Source: Eledone cirrhosa
Taxonomy: Eukaryota
DNA: 64,000 nt
Assembly: GCA_964016885.1 (NCBI GenBank)
Contig: CAXHJY010000719.1
Coordinates: forward strand, 1 to 64,000
Direction of reading: 5' to 3'
Of this stretch, positions 20,764-35,156 are shown one piece after another. The notes under the pieces were generated by a model that worked only from the letters and a program-made list of their open reading frames with translations, was not told where the DNA came from and searched no databases. The translations under genes and the position numbers were made by a program. Every line of letters begins with the position of its first letter. Positions within the stretch are counted from its first letter, which is position 1.

Positions 20764-23700
20764 TGTAGTGAACAGAATTAAATGTATTTTCCTTTGTGAT
20801 TAAATGTGTTTTCCTTTGGCAGAAGATTGGTGGCACAGAGGTAAATTGGCTGAAGTGTGAGCCAATCAAGGCCCTCAGTGGATTGAGACAAGTTGCTGGA
20901 CTACTTGAACCAGAGACACAGTTGGCTGACAAGGCAGAGAGAAAGATTTCACTGAACAACCTGGTAGCATCAAGACGTCCGACATTTGATATGCCACATT
21001 ATTTCACATCTCCACAGGAATATGCAGCCAATACAATGTGAAGACTTGCTCAACCTTCTCTTGTTATTTCGATTCCATATTTGTACAACAAATAAAAGGG
21101 AATTTTTGTTATAATGGATTATGTCGTTTTCATCATTGCCTTCTGAATCGATAACTATATTATCTCCAGCGACACATAATCCATGCAAAAAACAACAAAA
21201 ATTCCCTTTTATTTGTTGTACAAATATGGAATCAAAATAACAAGAGAAGGTTGAGCAAGTCTTCACATCGTATTGGCTGCATATTCCAGTGGAGATGTGA
21301 AATAATGTGGCATATCAAATGTCGGACGTCTTGATGCTACCAGGTTGTTCAGTGAACTAGTCTCTGCCCTGTCAGCCAACTGTGTCTCTGGTCCAAATAG
21401 TCCAGCAACTTGTCTCAATCCACTTAGGGCCTTGATTGGCTCCCACTTCAGCCAATTTACCTCTGTGCCACCATTCTTCCGCCAAAGGAAAATACATTTA
21501 ATTATGTTCACTACAGTACCCTCCGTTTAGATCGAAGATCGATATCAATACATGAGTAGTGCTAAATATGCAATATGTCTACATGACATCAAACAATAAA
21601 TAATCGTCGGGTACACCGAGAAAACACATACATGAATACAACCAAGAAAAATGAAACATAACATAATTGAACAAGCAAAAGTAATTTTTTACATAAGAGT
21701 CAAAAGTTTGAACAATATCACAGTTCATATATAGATTGTTTTACTCAATCTCTGAGGCCAATGTACTCTACGACCACTACGAGTCGTCGTAACACATGTG
21801 GGTGAAGGTAATGAAGGTGTGTGTGATATTGTGGGTGAGTATGCTTGTGAAGGTTCAACATCAATGTATTGTATGTAGGGGGTGTTTGGGGTTCAACTGG
21901 TGGAGCGTCTGTAAAGGCCTGTTTAATCCTATCTACAGAAACTGTTTCCTACCACAAATGTCTATGGTAAAAAGTTTGTCCGTTTTTGCCAGGACACGGT
22001 AGGGTCCTGTATAGGGTGGTACAAGTGGTCCTTTCACTGAGTCTTTATGTAGAAAAACGTGAGTCCAAGAAGTAATGTTTTTAGTAACCAAAGATTTAAT
22101 CGTCTGTTGACGTGTTCCCATAGGCGGAAGATCATTGAAATATGATCGCAATCGGTTAATATATAACGTAGGATCTTCCCGCGATGCGTCGACTGGGACT
22201 AACATCTGTCCCGGTAAGGATAAAGGTGTTCCGTACAGCAATTCCGCTGGGGAATATCCGAGATCCTCCCTGACCACTGCGCAACAGCCAAGAAGAACAA
22301 TTGGTAGATATTCACTCCATCTTTGCTGGTCGGGATAAGCATGCAATGCTGCTTTTAATTGTTGATGAAAGTGTTCTATCATGCCATTTGACGCCAGGTG
22401 GTAACTAGTAATTCTAATACAATGTATCCCTAAGATTTTAGAAAGTTCATGGAAGAGATGTGATTCAAATTGTCCGCCATGGTCAGTGGTGATCGTGGAA
22501 GGGACACTGTATCGCGAAATCCAGCCAGACATCAGAGCTCGTGCTACCGATTCTGCTGAAATCTCTTCGAGAGGAATGGCTTCAGGCCAACGTGTAAAAC
22601 GGTTGATGCACGTAAGAAGGTATGTTTATCCATGACTGACCGGCCAAGGTCCAACTAGGTCGATATGAATATGGTCAAAGCGGGCATCTGGAGCGTTGAA
22701 TGTGCCCAGAGGTGCTTGAATGTGTTTGTGCACCTTAGACTTCTGGCAAGGTATGCAGGAACGAGACCATGCAGTGATATCTCGTCTCATATTTGGCCAA
22801 AAGAATCTAGCCGTAATGAGTTTCACTGATGAATGGATTCCAAGGTGTGAGAGCTTGTGTAACGTATCGAAAACTGTTCACCGATGAAGTTCCGGAACGA
22901 AGGGTTGAGGTGAATCAGTCGATATGTCACACAGGATGCTTGTGTCAGAATTGTGCACAGGTAATTGTTTGAATTTGCACGTCGCAATTTTGGTTGCAGA
23001 TTAATCCAAATCGTCCAAAGCAGGCTGGTCAGCAGCGAGCAAACGTAGATCAATATCAGTTTTTGTCGATTAGGTAAACGAGATAATGCATCTGCCGCTA
23101 AATTCTGTGATTCAGGAATATGGCGTATATCACTAGTGAATTGTGATACATAATCTAAATGTCGAGTTTCACGTGGCGAGTATCTTTCGGGTTTCGCTTT
23201 GAGAGCAAATGTCAAAGGACGATGGGCCGGGAAAATCGTAAACGGGCGTCCTTCCAACGAATGCTGGAAGTGTTTGATTGCCAAGTACATCGCTAACAGT
23301 TCTCTGCCGAAAGTACTGTATCAGGTTTCAGCGGGTTTAAGCTGTTTTGAGAAATATGCAAGTGGTTGCATCTTCTGGTTGTGGTACTGTTGCAAAACTG
23401 CACCTACTGCTGTGCCTGATGTATCAACGACCAGTGAAAACTGGGCATCAGGCACAGGATGTGCAAGCAGGGTGACATCAGCTAATTCCTGTTTCACTCT
23501 GGAATAAGCTTCGAGTTGAGCAGGGTCTAAAGAAATAGATTCGTTTTTCTTTTTTCGATTCCGCAACAGTTCAGAAAAAGGTGCTATGCGCTCAGGACAT
23601 GGAATAAAACGACGGTAATAATTTAGCAGTCCCAAGAACTGACGTAATTGACGTAATGATGTAGGAGGAGGTAATTCTTGAAGAGCTTTCACTTTATCTG

Positions 23701-26665
23701 GTGGAGGTGATATGCCTGTAGGACTAATGGTGTGTCCTAGAAAAACTAGCGAAGACGCACCAAATATACACTTCGCGGGGTTAATGCGAACTTGGTACTT
23801 CTTAAAACATTGAAATAACAAACGAAGGTGTTTAACATGTTCCTCTGGAGATGTGCTAGCAACGAGTACGTCGTCTATATAGCAGTATACAAAATCCAGG
23901 TCTCTGGTGATTTCGTCCATGAAGCGTTGAAAGGTACTAGCGGCGTTGCGTAGACCAAAGGGCATCGTTAGGAACTCAAAAGCACCAAAGGGTGTAGTGA
24001 TAGCAGTCTTCGGAATATCAGCTGGATTAAGTGGCATCTGATGATACGCTCTGACTAAATCCAGTTTAGAAAAAACTGTGCATCCATGTAAGGAAGAAGC
24101 AAAATCCTGAATGTGTGGGATCGGGTACCGTCATCACGTTTAATTGGCGAAAGTCCCCAGTCGGACGCCAATCGCCGGAACGCTTTGGAACCAAATGCAA
24201 AGGAGAGGCCCACGGACTGGAGGAAGGGCGTATGATCCCCAGCTGCAGCATGTGGTTAAATTCAGCCTTCGCCGCTTTCAATTTCTTCGCAGAGAGGCAG
24301 TGAGAGCGTGAAAATACAGGAGCGCCAAGTTTCGAAATGTTTTGTGGAGTGAGTAGGCTTGCTTACCACAAAATTCAAATTTGTCAATTCCGGGAAGGAA
24401 TTTAGAAGCGACTGGAAAGGGTCCTCGGAAGCGGCGATGAAGAGTACCGGGCTGATAGATGAGACAGTAGATCTCAAACCCAGAACGGAGAGTTCCGTAT
24501 TAGCATCCAACAACCGGCGTCTGTGCATATCCACTAAGAGGTTATAGTGGTGCAGGAAATCCGAGCCTAGAATAGGGTAAGGCAAATCAACGACTGTGAA
24601 AATCCATGTGAAGTCTCTTCGCAATTCCAGGTTCAAAGAACGAGAAATTTGACCATATGTGGAAATAGGAGAATGATTTACGGCTTCCAGAGAAATGGAT
24701 GAAACTAGCGGCTTCTCCTTGAGAAGTTTTAGCGGCCATATGCTGCAAACAGCGCCTGTATCCATCGAGCTTGGGAAAACATGTCAGTTATGAAGAACGC
24801 ACGATTATTTGGGAGTGTCAGAGGAGACTGTGCCGTGCTCAGGTCTCCTGAAATTCGTTTCCCTGGTTGGAAAAGGAACAGGGCTGTCTACAACAGCGTG
24901 CCGCCACGCCAAAAAGGCTGTGATAGTATCACAGTCCTGGCTTGCTGTGTGGCGGTGGCGTGGTGCAGGCGAACGGCTCTGTAAACGACATCTGGGCGAT
25001 TGAGCCCTGGAGAAACTCAATCTTCTCACCTTTTTGGTGAGTTGTGCTATGGCTTGAAGAATTGCTGTAGACGTGAGCGACTGATCGGTGTGAACAGCAG
25101 CCGCTGGAGAGAACGAAGAGACCTCAGCCGGCGGCTGAGGTGTAGAGAAGGAGGCAGGCTTTCCTGTGAAACTCATTATTTTGTCTGCCGAAGATGCCAG
25201 TTGCTCGACTGAGCTAGTCTCCATCATAGGCGCCAATATCGCCTGGACATTGGGCGGCAGCCTCGAAAAGAAAAGCTGTCTCAGGAGGGCGCTGTCAGCT
25301 GGAGCGTCCTCCGCCAGTTCTTTCATTCGACGCAGGAACTGGCTCGGCGTCCGATCACCCAAATGCTCGTCATTTACTAGGGTTTGAAATCTCTTCTCTG
25401 CGGACAACAAGGTACGCTGCAGAACCTCGCGCTTAACGCTCTCATAGGTGGCTCCCGGGGCCGGATCAGTAATCAGATCCTTAACAACTGTCGTTAAAGA
25501 CGCCGGGTAAGCATTCAAAAGAATATGTAGTTGTCTGTCTTCGGACGTTATGCCATTCGCAGCAAAATGCGATTCAATCTGTGCGAACCAGACACGGACG
25601 TCGCCTGCAAACGCTGGCAATGAAGTTCTACCTCTCGTGAATTAAGGTATGCCTGTAAGCAATAGAGAACAACAGGGAAATTGCAGGCCAAAAGGAATCC
25701 AAGGGAAAAGAAAAATATAAAATAAAAACAATGATATTTTCTTTCGTTGTTGAAGAGACAAATGTTAAGAATAAAAAAAAAAAAAATTTTCTTTTCTTTT
25801 ATATTTTTCAAAATGCCGTTGCCCTAAAGTCAATTTGCCGGGAAAACAAACGAAGAAGACGGAAGTCAGCCATTATGAGCTCTCCGGAAATGAAGGCAAA
25901 AATCTTTTTTTTTTAATACGGCGTCACCCAATCAGAATTTGAAGAAGACGGCCGGCGCCATGATGGATTTCCCGTGCAATATTTAGATTTCAAGGCAGTA
26001 AAAAAAATAAATACCATAACTCACGCTGTCGCGTACATTTCCCAAGAAGTCCATATGAATTTTGATTTTTTTTTTTTTTAATCATATATTTCAATCGAGC
26101 TGCTGCTATGGTATGTGTCCATCAGAGAGAGAAAAAATTTTGTTGTCCATAATTTTCTTAATCGGTTCCAAATTTTTTTTTTTGTATAAAGTAAATCCGT
26201 ATCACCATTTATTAGGTAGAGTGGTGAGTGGCATGTTGATCATGTCGGCAGGTCACCATTTATAACGTGGATTACGTGTTGCTGGAGATATTAATATAGT
26301 TATCGATTCAGAAGGCAATGACGAAAACGACATAATCCATTATAACAAAAATTCCCTTTTATTTGTTGTACAAATATGGAATCGAAATAACAAGAGAAGG
26401 TTGAGCAAGTCTTCACATCGTGTTGGCTGCATATTCCTGTGGAGATGTGAAAGAATGTGGCATATCAAATGTCGGACGTCTTGATGCTACCAGGTCGTTC
26501 AGTGAACTAGTCTCTGCCCTGTCAGCCAAATGTGTCTCTGGTCCAAGTAGTCCAGCAACTTGTCTTGATCCGCTGAGGGCCTTGATTGGCTCACACTTCA
26601 GCCAATTTACCTCTGTGCCACCATTCTTCCGCCAAAGGAAAATACATTTAATTCTGTTCACTACA
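20764..26665 (-). mobile_element. Degenerate Ty3/Gypsy element 2 (CsRN1-like) with an extra inverted LTR; TSD GGTC
   Basis: Gag 24805-25620, protease DTGA 24262-24765, RT YIDD 23321-24280, RNase H, integrase 21933-22826. PBS TGGTGACC 26251-26258, PPT 21516-21525. LTRs: 26261-26665, 21194-21515 (truncated) and 20764-21186 (inverted). Confidence 0.93.
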
Positions 26666-26669
26666 GGTC

Positions 26670-27070
26670 AACTGGATTGTGCTGTTTAAATGGAAAGATT
26701 AAGTTTAAACTTACCTGAACCATTGGTACAACTAATGAATCAAGATGTTTTCTTTAAAATATCCAGAAGTACATTAATGAATTCCAAATGACATCATTTT
26801 GTGCAAATGTCATCCATGAAGGTGGCTATATACCCACTTTCAAGATTCAAGGGCAAGTGTACCACAGAACTGGACCGTTTCAGCCACTTTCAGAAGAAGA
26901 ACCAAAATATTTACAACTGTATCTCATCAGTGATATGAAAACCCAAACACAGACAAGGAATAAAGAGACTAATTATGAAATCATATTGCAACTTAAAGAT
27001 ATGTTACATAAAAGTAACAGTTATATTAGAAATTTCAAATATATACTAGAAAAGGTTTTGAATGAAATTT
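26670..27070 (+). pseudogene. Helitron Rep/helicase N-terminal relic, right part
   Basis: STGLCCLNGKIK...FQMTSFCA...PTFKIQGQVYHRTG...PKYLQLY is the conserved Helitron N-terminal block. Confidence 0.8.
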
Positions 27071-27469
27071 CATTATTTGGGCAACACTAGGTACTTCTGC
27101 TCGTATATATAAATAGACAAAAGATAACCAATTCTTCTTCATAGTCCCGACTGCACAGTTTCGCTCTTCACACTTATAATTTTATACAGCTCTGATTAAT
27201 TGATTATTTATTTAATTCATTTATTCATCAAGCAAAACTGGTAAAGGATGGACATCACACATATCTGTGTTTATACTTATGTATCTCTTTGTATATGTAT
27301 TATTTATTTTTTATAATTTATCCTAACTCCCGTATGGTTGAGTAAAAAATTAGGCTGAAATAGACTGCTTCTTACAACAGAACCATGGTTTGTTACTTAC
27401 CAACAGTCTATCCTTTACTACCATAAAACCACGGGATAAGTGAAATAGTGACTGAACAGTGCAAAAGTG

Positions 27470-29720
27470 TGTTCACACCTCGACTGAGGCACATGCAATA
27501 ACAAAGCCAGAGGATTTTTTGATGCCACAACACTCCATGAAGAAATGGTGACCATCAACCACATAGACATAACAGAGGAATATGTGGTATCCGCCATAAA
27601 CGAAATTAGAACAAACTCGAGGAAAATGACTGCCTGACTAGCACGCAGCATGGCTTCCGCCCGGGAAGAAGCTGCCTTACACAGCTGCTACAGTACGACG
27701 ACTGGGTACTGAAACAACTGCTAGACAGCTCACATGTGGGCGTGATATATCTTGACTTTGCGAAGGCCTTTGACAAAGTCGACCACAGAATGATATGTCA
27801 CAAACTACACAGACTCAGCATAATTGGAAAAGTAGGTGAGTGGCTGCATGATTTCTTAAAAGTCAGAGGCCAGACAGTTGCAGCCAATGGGGCCCTCTCA
27901 AAGGAAACATAAATAACAAATGGGGTGCCCCATGGCACAGTCTTGGGACCACTACTGTTTTTGGTGACTCTCTCAGATATGCCCTCTGTAGTACATATAA
28001 CATCCCTCACTAGCTATGCTGATGACAAAGGTAGCACAGGCAATCAAAAAGATCTGGATGCCATATACAAATGAGCTGAAGATATGCAGTTTAATGCTGG
28101 AAAATTTCAAGCCCTACAATACCAACCTGCAAACACAAATACAATACAACACAGGTACACCGGACCAAGAGGGATTGAAATTCCCGTGTTGAAATCGATA
28201 CGATATCATCATCATCATCATCATCATTTTACGTCCGCTTTTCCCTGCTTGCAAGGGTGGGACGGGTCTTATTCAGCACAGCATCTCTCCACTCGTCACG
28301 GTCCTTCGTCATCTCCACCGTGAGCTTCAATGATCTGAGGTCTGTTCTCACCACCTCTGCCCATGTTTTTCGTGGTCTACCTCTACCACGTCTTCCTTCA
28401 ACTGGCATTTCCTGGCACTTCTTCACTCATCGGTCATCCTCCATGCGCATCACATGTCCATACCACCTCAGTCTCCTCTCCCGTACACTACATTCTATCC
28501 CTCTCAGACACAGTTTCTCTCTCAACACATTTATGCTGGGACGTTCACGCACATTTACACTGCACATCCAACGGAGCATGCTTGCCTTATTTCTCTCCAG
28601 CCGTCGCATATCCTCTGCAGTTGTTGCCCATGTCTCACTACCATGCAGCATCGCGCTCCTCACACAGGCATCATACAACCGGCCTTTCGTACGCAGGGAG
28701 AAACCCTTCTTCGTCAACAGAGGAAGCAGCTCCCTAAACTTCTTCCAACCCGTCCTTATTCTAGATACTATGGCCTCGGAACACCCTCCTCCCATGCTAA
28801 TCTGATCTCCTAGGTACCGGAAGCTATCCACCACTTCTATAGCGCCCTCCTGCATTTGAAAAATGTGTCTATCAATGCGACTTCTACTGTCTAATTTCCC
28901 TGTACATCTACTGCATACATATTTCTCCCTACCTGTTAGTTTGCCTGCTATCCCGCTACATCTCTTGTGTACCCAGGATCTGCATTGTGTGCATTTTATA
29001 GAATTTATGCCAGTTCCTTTTCTGCATATCGAACATGGCCATTTCCCTGATGGAATCAGGGTTTTGTCCTCTTTTCTACTCATCAACACTTTTGTCTTAT
29101 CTTTTCTACTCATCAACACTTTTGTCTTATATATATATTTGATATATATATATATATATATTCCCAGCTGTGGTCACCCCATTGTGTCAAACTAACCACG
29201 GAGCTTGAGGCAATCCAGCAAAGCTACACCAAGAGGATTGTGACGATAAATGAGATAAGCTACTGGGAGAGGCTAAAAGAACTGAACCTCTACTCCTTCG
29301 AATGAAGATGGGAGAGATACGCAGTGATATAAATATGGAAAATCCTGGAGGGACTAGCACCAAACTTTGGCATTGGGAGCTAGACCAACCCCCGAACAGG
29401 ATGTTACTGTGTGGTGCCAAAGGCCCCATCTTTCACATTTAGAATAAGGAGCAGATATTGCAATAGTCTGGGGTTCAAAAGCCCTCAACTCTTCAACAAG
29501 CTGCTGAGGGATTTGAAAGATGTGCATGGTGTGGACGTGGATGTTTTCAAGAAACATCTTGACACCTTGCTTTCCTGGATCCCGGATGAGCCCACAGCAA
29601 GGCACAAAGGTAACCTAAGGGCAGCAGCAACGAACTCCCTCCAGGCTGGAGATAGAATGTGTAGCAACAAGGGTGGTGTCCCAGCATGGCCTCAGCTGGA
29701 TGGCTGGAACAGGTAAAAGA
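27470..29720 (+). mobile_element. Degenerate CR1-like LINE interrupted by an RTE family C insertion
   Basis: QHGFRPGRSCLTQL, YLDFAKAFDKVDH, GVPHGTVLGPLLF and YADD (27640-28030); SYWERLKELNLYS and FKKHLDTLLSWIPDEP (29160-29640). Confidence 0.85.
28206..29128 (-). mobile_element. 5'-truncated RTE LINE family C
   Basis: PHD-like finger, [17 protein letters not shown] and GRGRPRKTW; ORF ends [12 protein letters not shown], then an (ATG)n tail. Confidence 0.9.
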
Positions 29721-29805
29721 GTATGTATATGTATACATATGTATATATATATATATATAGTGAGTGAAGATTCTTGAATATTATTTCATACTTTTACTGA
29801 TTGCA

Positions 29806-30312
29806 ATCATCATCCTCATCATCATCATCACATCATCATTTTTGTATCTGTTTTTCCAAGCTTGCATGGGTTAGACAGGTCCTTCTCAGCTCAGCATCTC
29901 TCCACTTGTCTCATTCCTTTGTCATCTCCTCGGAGTTTCTGCAATTTGAGGTCAGCTCTCACAACATATATATATATATATCATCATCATCATTTTACGT
30001 CCGCTCTTCCCTGCGTGCAAGGGTGGGACGGGTCTTATTCAGCACAGCAACTCTCCACTCGTCACGGTCCTTCGTCATCTCCACCGTGAGCTTCAATGAT
30101 CTGAGGTCTGTTCTCACCACCTCCGCCCATGTTTTTCATGGTCTACCTCTACCATGTCTTCCTTCAACTGGCACTTATTCACCCATCGGTCATCCTGCAT
30201 GCGCGTCACATGTCCATACCACCTCAGTCTCCTCTCCCGTACACTACATTCTATCCCTCTCAGACACAATTTCTCTCTCAACAGTCTTCCTTCAACTGGC
30301 ATTTCCTGGCAC
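29806..30312 (-). mobile_element. Two short RTE 3' fragments (family C and an older relative)
   Basis: 29981-30312 nearly matches 28206-28530 with a small rearrangement. Confidence 0.75.
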
Positions 30313-30536
30313 TTCTAATTTTTAACCTTCAATCCCTGACTCTTAGGCCCTTTTCAAATTCTCTTAACCCCCCATAACCCATCCCTTTTACAACTCCGAC
30401 AACTAATATAAAAGAGCCCCCTTAGAATATAGACCCCAAATATACAAGCGGAGCTGCTGATGTATACCACAATTTCAAACTGCTAATCTTGAGTGAAACG
30501 TTGATGTAAATAATGAACTTACAATCACCTGTTATA

Positions 30537-30583
30537 TGCCTTGAAAAGTCCCACCATATGGTCGGACGAAACGGCTGTCGGCA
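30537..30583 (+). ncRNA. Type I hammerhead variant with U3-A8 core covariation
   Basis: TGCC-TTGAAAA-GTCC...GGAC-GAAAC-GGCT-GTC-GGCA, followed by AATAAA. Confidence 0.68.
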
Positions 30584-30656
30584 ATAAACTTGTTATAATG
30601 TCATAATAGTTCCTTTGTTCTTTTTCATTTATATATATATATATATTTATATATAT

Positions 30657-30998
30657 GGAGGCACATGCTTAGTGGTTAGAGCATTGGCCTTGCAATCGAA
30701 AGGTTGTGAGTTCAATTCTCAGACCGGGTGATGTGTTGTTTCCTTGAGCAAGGCACTTTATTTCACATTGCTCCAGCTTACTCAGCTGTAGAAATGAGAT
30801 GATAGGGACTGGAGTCCCTATCATTCCACTGCAAAGTGGTCGTGGAGGTGCCACGGCAAAAAAGCACCCAGCACTCACTGTAAATGAGGTTGGTGTTAGG
30901 AAGGGCATCCAGCTGTAGAAATCAAGCCAGAATCAGTTCCCGTCCCACCCTTGCAAGCAGGGAAAAGTGGACGTAAAATGAAATGAATGAATGATGAT
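30657..30998 (+). mobile_element. tRNA-derived SINE with RTE-derived tail, copy 1
   Basis: A box (TGCTTAGTGG in this copy), B box GTTCAATTC, central CCTTGAGCAAGGCACTTTA...CTCAGCTG domain, RTE tail and (ATG)n. Confidence 0.88.
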
Positions 30999-31104
30999 AT
31001 ATATATATATGTATGTATGTATATATATACATATGTATGTATATATATATATATATATAGATATATATATATATATATATATATAAATATATACATATAT
31101 ATAT

Positions 31105-31990
31105 ATTGTCATACTTTGGGAGGGTCATGTTGCCAATAAGAAACACACGCACCAGTTGCTTTCACTTCAATTTATTATATATTTATAAATTTACAAATTT
31201 ATAAATTTCTGGTTGGTTGGTTGGTTCCACAACCAGATAGTTGTTTATATATAGTCATAGTTCTTTCGTCACACACTCTGTGACCTCTTCAGTGACTGGG
31301 GATTCCTTTCTTTGTTTCTGTGCCTCTCCTTTGTTCTGTCCTACGCCATTTTGTTTCTGTGTGTGTGTTGTGTGCTCAGTCTGCGCATGCGCCACATCCG
31401 GGTGTCTGTGTTGTTTATGTTCATTCATCTATTTGTTATTTACATGTTACTGGTTGGTTGTTTGTTCTATGTGTGTGTGTGTTTTCATTTTGTCCTTAAT
31501 TGTAAGTTGTGATGTTGCTGTTCCACTCATATTTTCTATTTAATTTTGGTTGTAATTCTTTTATGTTTATTGCCTCTGTAATTTGTCTAAACATTGCGTC
31601 TTTTCTGTGTGTAGATTCTATTTTATTTCTATGTTCTCTAATTTACCCTTGTGTTCTATCTTAGCATGTTGGTAGAGTACAGATGATTCTTTATTATCTT
31701 GAAGGTCTCGCCAGTGTTCATTTATCCGTTCCCCTATACTACGAGCTGTCTCACCTATGTACACTATATTTTGTCTCTACATTGTCCTTCAGTACATCTT
31801 ATGCTATACACTACATTTCTAGTTTTACTGTTAATATGGGGGCTTATTTTACAGGTTACACATTTCTTATCTATACATGAGGGTCTTTGAAAAGGGTATG
31901 TCTTGCTAATAAGTGTTTTTACGGAGGTACCTGGTCTTTCTACTATCTTAATATTGAGTTTATGTTTATTTAGGGCCCTTCTAAATGATC
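31105..31990 (-). mobile_element. PLE 3' end: GIY-YIG remnant plus pLTR with hammerhead
   Basis: Minus strand 31565-31835 reads NVVYSIRC..C..VYIGETARSIGERINEH..VLYQH..RQITEAI (frameshifted). Hammerhead motif at 31253-31297. Confidence 0.8.
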
Positions 31991-32029
31991 AGTGAGAGCA
32001 AGGTTGAGTTCCGTGGGGGGGGGGGGGGT

Positions 32030-33097
32030 ATTTTGTTAGAGATGCTTACTGACTGTAGTAGGTTTTATTTTGTATTTAGGTAAGGCGGGTCTTCTCTATT
32101 ACTGAGTACCCGCCAAAGGTCTCGGTCCAGTGACATTGTCTTGGAGAGGTGTAAGTGTGTGAGGTCGGAATTTATCAGCTCGTCCCAGGTTTTTCTGGGT
32201 CTGCCTCTCCGTGGCTACCGTCTATCTTTATTGCCCTGCACTTTGTTATACAGCTGTCGTCTTTCATGCGCATCACGTGACCATACCAACGTAGCCTTCA
32301 CGTATATTACTATTACACATCCAGCGGAGCATGCCAGCTTCGTTCCTCTCTAGTCTGCGTATATCCTCTGCACACAATGCCCAGGTCTCACTGCCATGCA
32401 ACATTGCTGTTCGTATGCAGGCATCATACAACCTGCCTTTCATTTTTAGGGAGAACCCTTTAGCGGCTAATAGTGGTATAAGCTCTCTGAACTTTTTCCC
32501 ATCCACTCTAGCTACTGTACTTTCAGAGCACCCCTCCCCCACTGCTGATTTTGTCACCCAGGTAACGGAAGCTGTCCACTATTTCTATAGAACCCTCTGT
32601 GCAATTGAAAGAGCTAGTATTTTGTGGGCACTTGCTGCTACTTATTGCACCAGAGCACCGGCCACATGTAAAATCTATGTTCTTAGTTAGCTTACCTGTG
32701 ATCCCACTACATCTTTTATGCACCCATACTTTGCATTTGGGGACATAAAATGGAGTTTCTACCTACGCCTTTCTACACACTGAGCATGGCCATTTCCCGG
32801 AAGGGACCGGCGCCTTATTTTCTTTCCTACAAACTAGAACTTTAGTCTTAGCCAGGTTAATTTTAAGGCCTTTTGATTCTAGGCCGTGCTTCCATGTTTG
32901 GCATTTCTTCTCTAGCTCGGCCATTGATTCAGCTATGAGCGTTAGATCATCTGCGTATAGGAGTTCCCATGGGCAGCCGGTCTTGAACTCCTCTGTTATG
33001 GCCTGAAGGGCAATAATAAATAGTAGGGGACTAAGACAGAGCCCTGATGGACACCAACTTTTACGCTAAACCCTTCGCTATATTCGTTGTTAATTCT
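32030..33097 (-). mobile_element. Degenerate fragment of RTE LINE family A
   Basis: Homologous to 35440-36590, with deletions. Confidence 0.88.
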
Positions 33098-33254
33098 ATA
33101 TGTGTATATATATATACATATATAATATGTATATATATATTTATATACATATATATATATATATACATATGTATACATATATATATACATATATATATAT
33201 ACATATATACATATGTATACATATATATATACATATATATATATACATATATAC

Positions 33255-33299
<45 letters not shown>

Positions 33300-33307
33300 C
33301 TATATAC

Positions 33308-33359
<52 letters not shown>

Positions 33360-33394
33360 TATAAGATCAAAAGATGGTTAAAGGAGTTCCATAT

Positions 33395-33463
33395 ATTTTA
33401 TTATGCGCATTTCAAAAACAAACATCATCAAGCAATAATATTTGTGTTTTCATCAGATAAAAC
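33395..33463 (-). ncRNA. Minimal type I hammerhead in a ~150-bp island within (TA)n
   Basis: Minus strand: TTTTAT-CTGATGA-AAACACAAATATTATT..GATGATGTTTGTTTTT-GAAA-TGCGCA-TA-ATAAAA. Palindromic stem III ATGCGCAT. Confidence 0.72.
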
Positions 33464-33514
33464 AGGAGAACATGATATGAAGGCTAAAAAACATTGTTGA
33501 TAGTGCAGTTTTAA

Positions 33515-35156
<1,642 letters not shown>

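Noticed and set aside
20796-21511. Repeated ~82-aa ORF (also 26413-26661)
   Set aside because: Lies within LTR copies; no domain evidence.
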